Virus record (IMG/VR): IMGVR_UViG_3300016476_000660
Span: 1-59,743 of that record
Direction: 5' to 3' (one strand)
DNA length: 59,743 bases
Source of the DNA: a virus
Taxonomy: Duplodnaviria > Caudoviricetes
Below the pieces are notes generated by a model. The model was not told the origin of the DNA, made no database searches, and saw only the letters and a program-made list of their open reading frames with translations. Positions 45,706 to 54,370 of the stretch are shown here, one piece after another. Within the stretch, counting starts at the first letter, position 1. Each line of letters opens with the position of its first letter. The translations under genes and the position numbers were made by a program.

Positions 45706-46113
45706 TTACCACCCTGGGCAATTCCAACGTTTTAGACTGGCAGCCTTACGAGTAAGGTTACCTTTCTCATCGCGCTTAGGCCCAGGCATACCTGACATAC
45801 GAGCGCAAAAAGATTTCTTGCGACCCTCATCAGCTTTTGTCTTTGGGTGCGGCGCCGGTGCTTTCAAATTGGCGCCAGTTGCGCGATTGTATTTCTCACG
45901 ACCTTTTTCAGTCAATCCTGCGCCACGACTTGTGGGTAGCTTCTCGCCACGAGACACAGATAGGCGAGGCTCACCGCCATCTTTCATTTTTTGTGCAGCG
46001 CGTTTCATAGAGTAAGCAATCGCAACAGCCTGTTTGACAGGCTTGCCTGCTTTCACTTCAGCGCGAATGTTCTGCTTGAACGCTTTATCTGATTTGCTCT
46101 TAACGAGTGGCAT
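45706..46113 (-). CDS. Basic two-module protein (QAVAIAY module plus RKKSFCARM module)
   Basis: Two small basic modules joined at KMKDGG. Confidence 0.7.
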   Translation of the reverse strand: MPLVKSKSDKAFKQNIRAEVKAGKPVKQAVAIAYSMKRAAQKMKDGGEPRLSVSRGEKLPTSRGAGLTEKGREKYNRATGANLKAPAPHPKTKADEGRKKSFCARMSGMPGPKRDEKGNLTRKAASLKRWNCPGW

Positions 46114-46116
46114 GGA

Positions 46117-46536
46117 TTACCCCATCGGATTGACGTAATGCTTTTGCATTTCGAGGACAATGGTGTAAGTATCACCCGCGCCAGTCTCATACGTGGTAAA
46201 AAGAATCTTGCCATTTTTACCTGCGCCTGCGTTATTGGTCAGACCGCCAATAGTTGAGTAATCCTGAATGTACTGCGTATTGGAAGGAATGGTCTGAATA
46301 GGCACAGGGGTATTTGCATCCCATAGCATGCGCACTGACATGCCATTGGTAAGGCCTGAAATCTTCAAAAGCGATACTTCATCACATGCGCCACCTGCTG
46401 CGGATGGGTTCAACGCCGCTGGGTCAACTTTTACGACGTTAGTTTCGCCTGTTGCGCTGTCGGTGATGAAGTCAAACTTCATGATGGCAACGCGCTCACC
46501 ATCAAAAAGCGTTTGCGACGTAGCAGTTGCTGCCAT
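46117..46536 (-). CDS. Virion structural protein
   Basis: GGAG RBS. Ends GDTYTIVLEM.K. Confidence 0.7.
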   Translation of the reverse strand: MAATATSQTLFDGERVAIMKFDFITDSATGETNVVKVDPAALNPSAAGGACDEVSLLKISGLTNGMSVRMLWDANTPVPIQTIPSNTQYIQDYSTIGGLTNNAGAGKNGKILFTTYETGAGDTYTIVLEMQKHYVNPMG

Positions 46537-46548
46537 AATGATCTCCAT

Positions 46549-46570
46549 AAAAGTGGGGCGTTAGCCCCAC
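46549..46570 (-). terminator. Rho-independent terminator
   Basis: GTGGGGC-TAAC-GCCCCAC-TTTT on the minus strand. Confidence 0.65.
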
Positions 46571-46578
46571 GTTTCAAC

Positions 46579-47019
46579 TTAGTGGCAAGAACCACCTTTT
46601 TTGAGAGCTTTATGGCCGCAAGAGTCGCCTTTCATTGCCACAAAACCACCTTCTTTGAATTTAGAAGGCTTAATTGCGCCACCAGTTTTGTAGCCGCCTT
46701 GGCCATTGACCACACCGCCGGTCTTATAGCCGCCTTGCGCATTAGCTACACCACCGGTTTTTAAGCCTTTGTGTGCTTTAGACGCCGGCATTGAAGCATG
46801 CTTCTTCAACTTTGATTCAGTTGAAGCCATTTTTTTCATTTCCATTGCGTGCTCAGCTTTGGACTCACCACCTTCTTTCATAGCCATAGGGCCTCCTGAC
46901 ATAGGTTGCATTGCACCACCCATAGGCGGCTGCGGCGCAGTTGGGAGCGCCGGTGCCATACCGCGCCGCGTAGGGCGACGCTGCATAGCAGGCGCAGGCA
47001 TTGCTTTAGCTTTAGGCAT
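46579..47019 (-). CDS. Basic low-complexity protein with six xKxGG repeats
   Basis: MKEGG, LKTGG, YKTGG twice, FKEGG, LKKGG. Confidence 0.75.
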   Translation of the reverse strand: MPKAKAMPAPAMQRRPTRRGMAPALPTAPQPPMGGAMQPMSGGPMAMKEGGESKAEHAMEMKKMASTESKLKKHASMPASKAHKGLKTGGVANAQGGYKTGGVVNGQGGYKTGGAIKPSKFKEGGFVAMKGDSCGHKALKKGGSCH

Positions 47020-47031
47020 AATAACCTCTAA

Positions 47032-47517
47032 TTAGGAGTTTGCAAAGGGAGTTGCAACAACGCCAGAGCCAAGCAAATTACCTTGGACCATGTACTTATT
47101 GGTTGCCAAGGCAGTGATAACAACAACTGAGCCTGCAATACCACCTGTAGTGGTGCCATTCATATTGATGAAATCGTTTGCTGCAGCAGGCGCAAAACCA
47201 TACATGGCACCAGAGCTGTCGGTGTCAATAACGTTGATTGAGCCAACAAACTTATCGGTGCCGTCAGTGGCAATAGAAATTAGCGACGCAGCGGTGGTTT
47301 CTACAAAGATAGTATAAACAGCGCCTAGCGTTGCAGTCGTAATGGTCGGAAGTACGATTGCAAGTGTTGCGTCATTGGTTTTGACAATGCGACCTGCATG
47401 GTCAGCGACTGTCAATGCAAGCGTATTGGTGTTGTTAGCGACATCGACGACAGCGCCTGAGCCCTGCGTAATGAAGCCATTTTGCGAAATTATTGGACCA
47501 GAGAAAGTAGTAGACAT
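47032..47517 (-). CDS. Capsid-associated structural protein (TTFSGP)
   Basis: Follows the major capsid gene. NGTTTGG, ATPFA. Confidence 0.7.
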   Translation of the reverse strand: MSTTFSGPIISQNGFITQGSGAVVDVANNTNTLALTVADHAGRIVKTNDATLAIVLPTITTATLGAVYTIFVETTAASLISIATDGTDKFVGSINVIDTDSSGAMYGFAPAAANDFINMNGTTTGGIAGSVVVITALATNKYMVQGNLLGSGVVATPFANS

Positions 47518-47526
47518 CTTTTCCTC

Positions 47527-47594
47527 ACATGCGAGATAGGCGTATAAGTCTGCATGTCGTCAGCCGGGACTGTCTTATACGCCGAATTACCCGG
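47527..47594 (-). ncRNA. Kissing-loop/pseudoknot RNA downstream of the capsid gene (Mu-gpT-DE-like candidate)
   Basis: Three interleaved perfect pairings: CCGGG/CCCGG, GGCGUAUAAG/CUUAUACGCC, ACAUGC/GCAUGU. Confidence 0.7.
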
Positions 47595-47627
47595 AAAACT
47601 CTCCCACCAATTACTTAGTGGGAGAGT
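47595..47627 (-). terminator. Terminator-like hairpin after the capsid gene
   Basis: CTCTCCCAC-N10-GTGGGAGAG-TTTT on the minus strand. Confidence 0.65.
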
Positions 47628-47635
47628 GTCTTGCA

Positions 47636-48550
47636 TTACAGACCCGGCGTGCCGTACATTGCACGAGGATCGGTGAAGCCAACGTCGTAACGCTCGGTGG
47701 CCTTGTAGCGCATCGAGTCAGTTTCGAAGTCACCTTCCATGGTCTTCTCAAGACCACGACGCATCATCAACTTCATACCTTCCGGAGTGTCGGTCTGTAC
47801 CCACCATGCTGTAGCGGAGGTAAGACGAGACAGAACTGCAGCACCTTGTGGCAGCAAGCCGATTGATTTGATCGGGTTGATGTCGTTGTCTGCAGTACCA
47901 GAACGCAGGACCGACTTCAGCAGGACTTCGGCCTGGAAGACGTTACCCGGCGCAACAACCAGCTTCAGCGGTTGCAGGCGAATCTTCTTGCCGTTGTTGT
48001 CCACAGCCTGGCGAACTTGGATCAGCATCTGCTCCAGAGAAGTCTGGGACAGGTTAGCTGCAGAAGTCAGCAGGTTGCTGAAAGTACCATTGACAATCGG
48101 GTGGCTGGAAGAGTTCAGCGCAACGCCGTCACCACCTGCATAAGCACCGTTGAATGCGCGGTTCAGCACGTTAGCCGACAGCGTTTCCTTGGTTTCGACC
48201 AGCGACTGAGCCAGATGGCGAGCGTAGACGTTACCAATACGGATGTGATCGCCATCTTCCACCAGCACTTTGGTCAGTGCAAAGGCCAGACCATAGACCT
48301 TATACACATAGCGCTTCAGGAAGAGAACGCCACCCTGCTGGTAGCTAACCGGAGTGCCATCGGGCAGCTCAGGAGCTGCGCCGAAGCCGTACAGCACCGG
48401 CTCTTCATGGTAGTTACGGGGGATACCGGTTTGCTCACGGAACACTTGGCTCCATTCATCGGTACGCTGATCATAGACGCCGTCGAATGCTTCATTGAGA
48501 ATTGGCTCAACAATCGAACGAAAGTCTGTACTTCTCATTGGGGCTGCCAT
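47636..48550 (-). CDS. Major capsid protein (Mu gpT-like)
   Basis: 304 aa, GFG.A....G, DGV.L....HP, L.V.P, RYKATERY..G..DPR..YG. Synteny after the scaffold. Confidence 0.85.
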   Translation of the reverse strand: MAAPMRSTDFRSIVEPILNEAFDGVYDQRTDEWSQVFREQTGIPRNYHEEPVLYGFGAAPELPDGTPVSYQQGGVLFLKRYVYKVYGLAFALTKVLVEDGDHIRIGNVYARHLAQSLVETKETLSANVLNRAFNGAYAGGDGVALNSSSHPIVNGTFSNLLTSAANLSQTSLEQMLIQVRQAVDNNGKKIRLQPLKLVVAPGNVFQAEVLLKSVLRSGTADNDINPIKSIGLLPQGAAVLSRLTSATAWWVQTDTPEGMKLMMRRGLEKTMEGDFETDSMRYKATERYDVGFTDPRAMYGTPGL

Positions 48551-48565
48551 AGTTTATGCCCTCCC

Positions 48566-49135
48566 TTAGATAGCGTTAAGAGTAGCGACAAACTGATGTT
48601 CAGCAATTTGTACACGAACGATTGTGTACGCATCGCCCCATGCGTTGTCAGCATACGGTGCCAGGTCAACAATACGCAGTTGGCCATAAGTCGACGTACC
48701 AGTCAGCGTAGCCGACATGGTGCACTGCGACAAACCAGTGGTATTGGAACCAGCAGTGAGGTTGGAGAAGTTAGCATTGTCGCCAATTGCAGTTTGCGCG
48801 ACAGAGCCATCAGCCTGGATTTCGTAAACGATCAGCGGATCGTTGTAGAAATAAGCCACGCATGAACCAGTCTGGTAAGCCGTATTGGCAGGCCAGTAGT
48901 TAGATACGTGACGACGGCCGGTGGTGTCAGTCCACTCGACGCCTGCAAAGGCACCAACGAAAGCTTCAGTGGAAGTAACAGGCTGAATAACGCCGTTGAC
49001 ATACTTGACGGGTTGACCCTTCAGGATGTCGGACGAGTAGCCCGAAGTAATACCATTGGCCAGCGCTTGAGCACGTTCCAGTCCCGTAGGAAAGAACGCC
49101 GGGCGAAGACCGAATGGTGCAGAAGTTGCGCTCAT
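48566..49135 (-). CDS. Capsid decoration/cement-like protein
   Basis: APFGLRP, G.F.G.E.TD, DP...YEIQADG. Directly upstream of the capsid gene. Confidence 0.65.
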   Translation of the reverse strand: MSATSAPFGLRPAFFPTGLERAQALANGITSGYSSDILKGQPVKYVNGVIQPVTSTEAFVGAFAGVEWTDTTGRRHVSNYWPANTAYQTGSCVAYFYNDPLIVYEIQADGSVAQTAIGDNANFSNLTAGSNTTGLSQCTMSATLTGTSTYGQLRIVDLAPYADNAWGDAYTIVRVQIAEHQFVATLNAI

Positions 49136-49171
49136 AAAATGAGTCCTTTCACATTCGATTTCATCAACATG

Positions 49172-49708
49172 CTACTCAAAAGTAGGCACCTTGATGTGGG
49201 CGTTAGATTCCATGCCTTCGCCTTCAATCGACACTAGTGAACGACCCCCACTGTCTCGAGCACCGAGCAGTTGTTCTTGCTGAACTTTGATCTTTTCTTG
49301 CTCCTCGAGAGGCGCTTGATGATGCAGTTCATGCATGATTTGTTGGTACAAGTCCATAGGCATCTTGTACAACAACATCTCATTACAAGAGACAAACCCG
49401 GCGTTTTCGCCAGCCTTCACACGCAGATGCTCAAAGCCGGGCAACTCTTCGGCTTTCACAGGCTCATACCCCATTCGCATCCGTTTGTGGATGGGATCGT
49501 ACTGATTCGATGAAGACAACCAGCACAAATGATAACCCGGAATTTCGGGCGGGGTCGGAAGTGCTTCTTGGAGCCACTCCGAGCGGAACATCTTACGACG
49601 CTCCTCGGAAAATACAAAACTTGTTTCAGGTGCATCACGCTGACGATCTTCCGTTGCGCGACTCTCACGACCACCTGCTTTGAGATCTTTCTTAAAACGT
49701 CCGTCCAT
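49172..49708 (-). CDS. Conserved head-module protein
   Basis: LP.PP..PG....W, GYEPVKAEE, L.K.P. Confidence 0.7.
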   Translation of the reverse strand: MDGRFKKDLKAGGRESRATEDRQRDAPETSFVFSEERRKMFRSEWLQEALPTPPEIPGYHLCWLSSSNQYDPIHKRMRMGYEPVKAEELPGFEHLRVKAGENAGFVSCNEMLLYKMPMDLYQQIMHELHHQAPLEEQEKIKVQQEQLLGARDSGGRSLVSIEGEGMESNAHIKVPTFE

Positions 49709-49709
49709 G

Positions 49710-50717
49710 TTACCCCCTAGCCTTGTTTTGACGATCCCATTCAGCGAATTTACGGATCATCTTGTTACGTTGTTCAATGTTGTCCCACATGCCTGCTTCT
49801 TTAATGGCAGCAACGCGATCGGGCGTCAAACGAAACTCATTAGGGCGACTTCCACCTGATGATTCTCGTCCTGAACTCGTAACCACAGACCTAGGCGGTT
49901 TCTGATTTCGGTTGCGATCATTATATCCTTGACTTGAGCGATGTGGTAAATATTTTTGCAGCCGCTCGTCAAGCTCTTCCCAATACTCTTCAGAAGTCGG
50001 ATCAAACCCTTCCTCAGTCAGCTTACGGTCAATCCGCTGAGCAATTTCTGAGTCAAGATCTTTGCCTTGCGGGTCATACCAGCTATTGCGCCGCATCCAA
50101 TCGGCTGCCATTTTTTGAACCGTAGGATCCGGCAGTTCGATATTGGGCTTTGGCATTTGAGACATCTGCTTGGTGGCATTCTCTTTAAGCGTGTTAAGAG
50201 ATTCCAGTTTGCGCTGTGCCTCGTACAGCATTTCTTGAGCTTGCACCAAAGCGTCACCATCTTGCTGAGTGACAGCTTCTTTCATTTTCATTTTGGCAAA
50301 CTCAACTTGCACGCCTGCGTCGTCAATGGCTTTATCCACTCGAGCCAGTTCAGCGCCAGACGTTTTCTTTTCAAGTTGCGCAATACGTTCAGCCAACTCA
50401 GTATTCTGCTTTTTCAGAGCAGAAATTAGATGGTTGGACTCACGTACTTTTTCTTTGTGAAGTTGCTTTTTAAGACGACGCTCCTCACGACGTGCGGCAC
50501 GAATGGCTTCACGTTCAGGATCATCATCTTGGGGCTCGTTGTTTTGTGGCAAATTATTTTGTTGACCACCGCCATCGTCATCGTCATCATCGTCCTCGTC
50601 TTGAGACTCATTGTGCTGATTTTGATTGGATGGCATTTCGTCGTCTGGCAGATGCACCAGAGCGGAACCATCTTGCTCTTCAGTGAGCTGGAGTTCCATT
50701 TTTTGTGTTTGATTCAT
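49710..50717 (-). CDS. Scaffolding protein (putative)
   Basis: Acidic N-terminus, coiled coil, W...N.W, FDP.S.EY..E.D.R. Confidence 0.7.
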   Translation of the reverse strand: MNQTQKMELQLTEEQDGSALVHLPDDEMPSNQNQHNESQDEDDDDDDDGGGQQNNLPQNNEPQDDDPEREAIRAARREERRLKKQLHKEKVRESNHLISALKKQNTELAERIAQLEKKTSGAELARVDKAIDDAGVQVEFAKMKMKEAVTQQDGDALVQAQEMLYEAQRKLESLNTLKENATKQMSQMPKPNIELPDPTVQKMAADWMRRNSWYDPQGKDLDSEIAQRIDRKLTEEGFDPTSEEYWEELDERLQKYLPHRSSQGYNDRNRNQKPPRSVVTSSGRESSGGSRPNEFRLTPDRVAAIKEAGMWDNIEQRNKMIRKFAEWDRQNKARG

Positions 50718-50735
50718 AGATCTACCTTTCTGCGT

Positions 50736-51158
50736 TTAGACAAACGCTCTGATGGCCAGAGGGTCCCCAGTACAGGCACCAATAAGCTCATGGTCGTTGA
50801 AGAACGTGAAAAGGGCTTTGCCTTTTACGCCATTTGACTCGTAGTCAATCTCCCAACGATCACCGCCCCACTTAGGCACACGCACATAGTCGCCTACTTT
50901 GGCCCAAGCGCCTTCCGGCCAGGCTTCCATGGTATCCCGCTTGCAGAACGCGAGCGGTCCTATGGCAATGACTTTGCCAATCATGGTGTTCCACTTCTCA
51001 GTTTCTTTAGTTTCCTCGACCAGGACGATGCCGGACTTGGTTGCCTTCTCTTTGACAGCACGAAGTTGTACCAAAACACGAGCACCAAACGGGCGCATCA
51101 ACGGGTCCACAACGGGAAACGCTTCATCGAGCGTCTGTTCTACGATATCATTCGACAT
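50736..51158 (-). CDS. groES: GroES-like co-chaperonin
   Basis: P.G.RVLV, TKSGI.L, G.V.A.GP, KVGD.V. Confidence 0.85.
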   Translation of the reverse strand: MSNDIVEQTLDEAFPVVDPLMRPFGARVLVQLRAVKEKATKSGIVLVEETKETEKWNTMIGKVIAIGPLAFCKRDTMEAWPEGAWAKVGDYVRVPKWGGDRWEIDYESNGVKGKALFTFFNDHELIGACTGDPLAIRAFV

Positions 51159-51336
51159 CTTTCTTTTCCTCTTCTAAGAGCACATCAAGAATCGATAAAG
51201 CCTCTGCCAGGCCTTGGTAATGGCCGACTAAACGCTGATAAGATTCATAATTGACTGGCGTTCCTGCATGAAGAACGTCAGAAATTTTGCCTTGCTCAGC
51301 TTTTACTCGGCCAATGTAGTCCGATAGAGTCTTCAT
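51148..51336 (-). CDS. Conserved small head-module protein
   Basis: G....YE.Y..LVG...GL. Confidence 0.7.
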   Translation of the reverse strand: MKTLSDYIGRVKAEQGKISDVLHAGTPVNYESYQRLVGHYQGLAEALSILDVLLEEEKKDVE

Positions 51337-51614
51337 CAGCGACCGCGGCCAGACTTACGCATAGGAACTGCAACTGCGATTGTCAGACCGGGACCTTTCG
51401 CACCGCCGCCTTTTGCAAAGCGAGCGATCTTTCCGGTTGGTTTACCCAATGGCTCTTTTTGTGAAGAGTCATTGATCAGCGTACGAGTCTTGCTCTCAGG
51501 CATGACTTTACCGCCATCTTTGTAGCCTTTGATACCTTTGCCAGCTGCTTTGGTAATACCCTCACCGCCACCCATGGCCAGGCGCTTATGCATGTTAATT
51601 GCTTCTTCAGACAT
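51336..51614 (-). CDS. Small basic protein with YKDGG and FAKGG motifs
   Basis: AAGGAG RBS. Confidence 0.7.
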   Translation of the reverse strand: MSEEAINMHKRLAMGGGEGITKAAGKGIKGYKDGGKVMPESKTRTLINDSSQKEPLGKPTGKIARFAKGGGAKGPGLTIAVAVPMRKSGRGR

Positions 51615-51624
51615 AGTGGTCTCC

Positions 51625-51849
51625 TTAAAAACCGTGTTTATGCTTCCCAGTTGCGGTATGGCCAAAGCCATGCCAGTCTTTGACACTACCACCTGACTTA
51701 TAGGTGGGTTGTTGCGACATTGCTTCCTTCTTTACTTTACCCAAAAGATCTACATCTGTTTTCTCAATCTTAGGACTTGGCAAATCATACTTGGTGCGCA
51801 CCTTGCCAAGTAGATCCAAGCCTTTTGGCGAAATGAACGCATCAGCCAT
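51625..51849 (-). CDS. Small protein with YKSGG motif and duplicated DLLGKV
   Basis: GGGAG RBS. Overlaps the portal stop. Confidence 0.65.
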   Translation of the reverse strand: MADAFISPKGLDLLGKVRTKYDLPSPKIEKTDVDLLGKVKKEAMSQQPTYKSGGSVKDWHGFGHTATGKHKHGF

Positions 51850-54370
51850 TGTTAACTCCCATTTGTGATTGCAATGCTTGCTGAGCACCAAGCACCGTCT
51901 TAATCTGCTCATGCTGCAAATTTGCTGCGCTATGATCCAGCTCTGCAGCCTTGATGCGCTCAGCGGTGAGGTTCTTTTCAGTGTTCATCACCAACTTGGT
52001 ATTCTCAGCTTTCTCAGCCTTGGCGGCGTCCAATTGTAGACGCTGAACGTCCAGCATGGCGTCAGTCTGATCCTTAGCGGCTTTGCGTTGCGTCTCAGCC
52101 ATTTGCACGTCAACCAATGCTTTGACTTCCGGAGGCATAGGCGCTTGGCCCGACATTTGCTGCATCATTTGCAGTGCCGCCATAATCACCTGTGGCAATT
52201 GCGCAAAAGTATCTTGTGAGTCCATCATGACATGCTGTGATGCCGCAGCCAGGAGCTTATCAGCCGCAGGAGGTAGCATTTGCTCTTTCATGACATTGAA
52301 AGAACGCCCCAATGCTGTGGACGCGTAGGTGTCAATTTGGTTGAGATACCACAGTGTTACGTGTTGCTTCAAATGCTCAAGTGCTGCAGGGATATACACC
52401 GGTGCTATGATGGGATTGGCGCCATATAGCGGATTCTTCATGTAATCCAGCAAAACTTGGATATGGGCCAAATGATCTTGATGCGGGAATGCGCCAACAG
52501 GCTTGCCTACTGTCATGGCCACATTCTCAAGAGCCGGGTTCATATCCTTGACATTCTGCGGATCTGGTAGAACCTCATTGACGTCAGGGATCTTGATTTG
52601 CTTGAGGATTCGCTTCTCAACTGCAATGCGGTTGTACAAATCAGGATTGGCTTGAGCTCGAGCAGCCAGTGCTTGGATTTGCGCATAGCGCTGAGTCTCT
52701 GAGAAGATGTGCGGATCGGACACCGGCACAATATCTGAGTTCTTCTCAAAATCTTCTTTGGTGACGCCAATTTCTTCAGCAATGTCATTCTTTTGCTGGT
52801 CATCCAAGTACCAACGATTGAGACGAGCAATCACCCGAAGAACGCGGCGTTGCGACTCATGCAGTCGCGCATGAATTGAACTGAAGACTGCAGCGCCTTG
52901 CTCAATCAAAGCCTGCGTTGTACCTACAGGAGCTTGAGAATTGACATCCGCAATCTTTTCTTCAGAGGTAGTAACTACACCTTTTGCAGCTTCCGTCAAC
53001 CAACCAAGCAATTGAAAGAGTACTGGGCTCGGTGGATTGAAAGGCACAGGCATAGCTATCTTGCGTATGTCGTCGACTCCTGGAGCTCCCTCAACTTCTG
53101 CAACTTGAGTTGGTTCGATAGTGGTGCTCTGACCCGATATTTTGGCCCCTTTGAGTTTGAGCATCGTGGGGGCAGTGTTAATATGTGCACTATCCAACAA
53201 GGCACGGAGAGCACCAGTAAGAGCAGCACTAAGGCCACCAATGAGATGAGGGAATCCGATAGCGTAAGCGCCTCGCCAAGGAATAAACTTAAATTCGATA
53301 ATCCAATCGAGCTTAGACATTGACTCATCGCCGTACTCCCAGTTGCGGTATAAACCTAGTACATCGCGAGTCAGCTCATCCACCATCAGAATGTAAGGCG
53401 CGCGCTCACCTTTTGAGTAACTATCATCTTCTTGCTCAAGCCAAGTGTAAATGTGGAAGACACGACGTATGCCATCCACATTCTCTGCCTGAGATTTCTT
53501 ACCCTCAATCTTATTGGTTGCTTTCTCGGAGGCCGACTCTTCCGGCTCCATGCTGGCGCGGTGAATGTTGACGTCCTTGTACAAGCCACGCGCAATACGA
53601 AGCTCAAACTCTTCCTGCGTAATGTCTTGGACTTCAGTGACGCGGCCCGCGGTGTAAAAATTGCCAGCTGCGAAAGGGAGATAGATATTGTCAATTGGCA
53701 AAAATTCTACGCATGGGCGCTTCTTTTGCTCGTCATACCAGATCTTGAAGTATTGTGAGCCGCCCAACGGAATTTGAGTGAACATTTGCTCCTGCTCATC
53801 TCTAAATTCCTCAATCTGCTCAGTCAACTGCCAATTGAGATATTCTTTCTTACGCTCAGCCTTGGTGGTCTTTTCCTCAGCTACCTCGCCAAAGATCTTG
53901 GTGCGAACAGGCCCATCCGGCGGAAAAAGCTCTTTGATTGCTCGTGCTGCAAAGTCAACGCAGGCTTCCGCCATGACTGGGTGTACAACCTTGGATGCGC
54001 CTTGAAAAGATGCTCCACCAGGGGCGTCATGTCCCAAGCCTGTTCTACGAATGCCATCCTCATATTGCTTGTCGCGCTCTGTACGAGCGTCTTTATCTTT
54101 ATCGATTAGCTCAAGGTACTTGGTGGCAAGAGCGCTGGCTTCATAGGATGGCATATCCTCAGCCAAGTTGGCGTAAAAGTCCGGCTCGTCTTCTGGGCCT
54201 TTATGGTCATCCATGCGCACAATGACCGAGCCATCAGGCAATTCTTCAAAGTCATCCTCATCTGGCTCTTCTTCATCGAAGATGTCATTGAATTGCTGCT
54301 CATCATCTTCATCAGAGACAGGCCCAATGAAACGATTGTAATCCTGTGGGATCGGCATCTCAGTTGCCAT
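51842..54370 (-). CDS. Portal protein
   Basis: 842 aa, GAS.V.HP...EA...F.A.A..EL.P..GPV, PVGTT.ALIE. Synteny. Confidence 0.85.
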   Translation of the reverse strand: MATEMPIPQDYNRFIGPVSDEDDEQQFNDIFDEEEPDEDDFEELPDGSVIVRMDDHKGPEDEPDFYANLAEDMPSYEASALATKYLELIDKDKDARTERDKQYEDGIRRTGLGHDAPGGASFQGASKVVHPVMAEACVDFAARAIKELFPPDGPVRTKIFGEVAEEKTTKAERKKEYLNWQLTEQIEEFRDEQEQMFTQIPLGGSQYFKIWYDEQKKRPCVEFLPIDNIYLPFAAGNFYTAGRVTEVQDITQEEFELRIARGLYKDVNIHRASMEPEESASEKATNKIEGKKSQAENVDGIRRVFHIYTWLEQEDDSYSKGERAPYILMVDELTRDVLGLYRNWEYGDESMSKLDWIIEFKFIPWRGAYAIGFPHLIGGLSAALTGALRALLDSAHINTAPTMLKLKGAKISGQSTTIEPTQVAEVEGAPGVDDIRKIAMPVPFNPPSPVLFQLLGWLTEAAKGVVTTSEEKIADVNSQAPVGTTQALIEQGAAVFSSIHARLHESQRRVLRVIARLNRWYLDDQQKNDIAEEIGVTKEDFEKNSDIVPVSDPHIFSETQRYAQIQALAARAQANPDLYNRIAVEKRILKQIKIPDVNEVLPDPQNVKDMNPALENVAMTVGKPVGAFPHQDHLAHIQVLLDYMKNPLYGANPIIAPVYIPAALEHLKQHVTLWYLNQIDTYASTALGRSFNVMKEQMLPPAADKLLAAASQHVMMDSQDTFAQLPQVIMAALQMMQQMSGQAPMPPEVKALVDVQMAETQRKAAKDQTDAMLDVQRLQLDAAKAEKAENTKLVMNTEKNLTAERIKAAELDHSAANLQHEQIKTVLGAQQALQSQMGVNNG

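Noticed and set aside
47527-47600. Hammerhead ribozyme suggested by CUGACGA between two hairpins
   Set aside because: GAAA does not directly follow stem II (UGAG intervenes) and stem III would be only about 3 weak pairs. Kept as a generic structured RNA.
47972-48865. 297-aa plus-strand ORF, and similar antisense ORFs such as 22476-23114
   Set aside because: Shadow frames of conserved structural genes, with no RBS or recognisable motifs.
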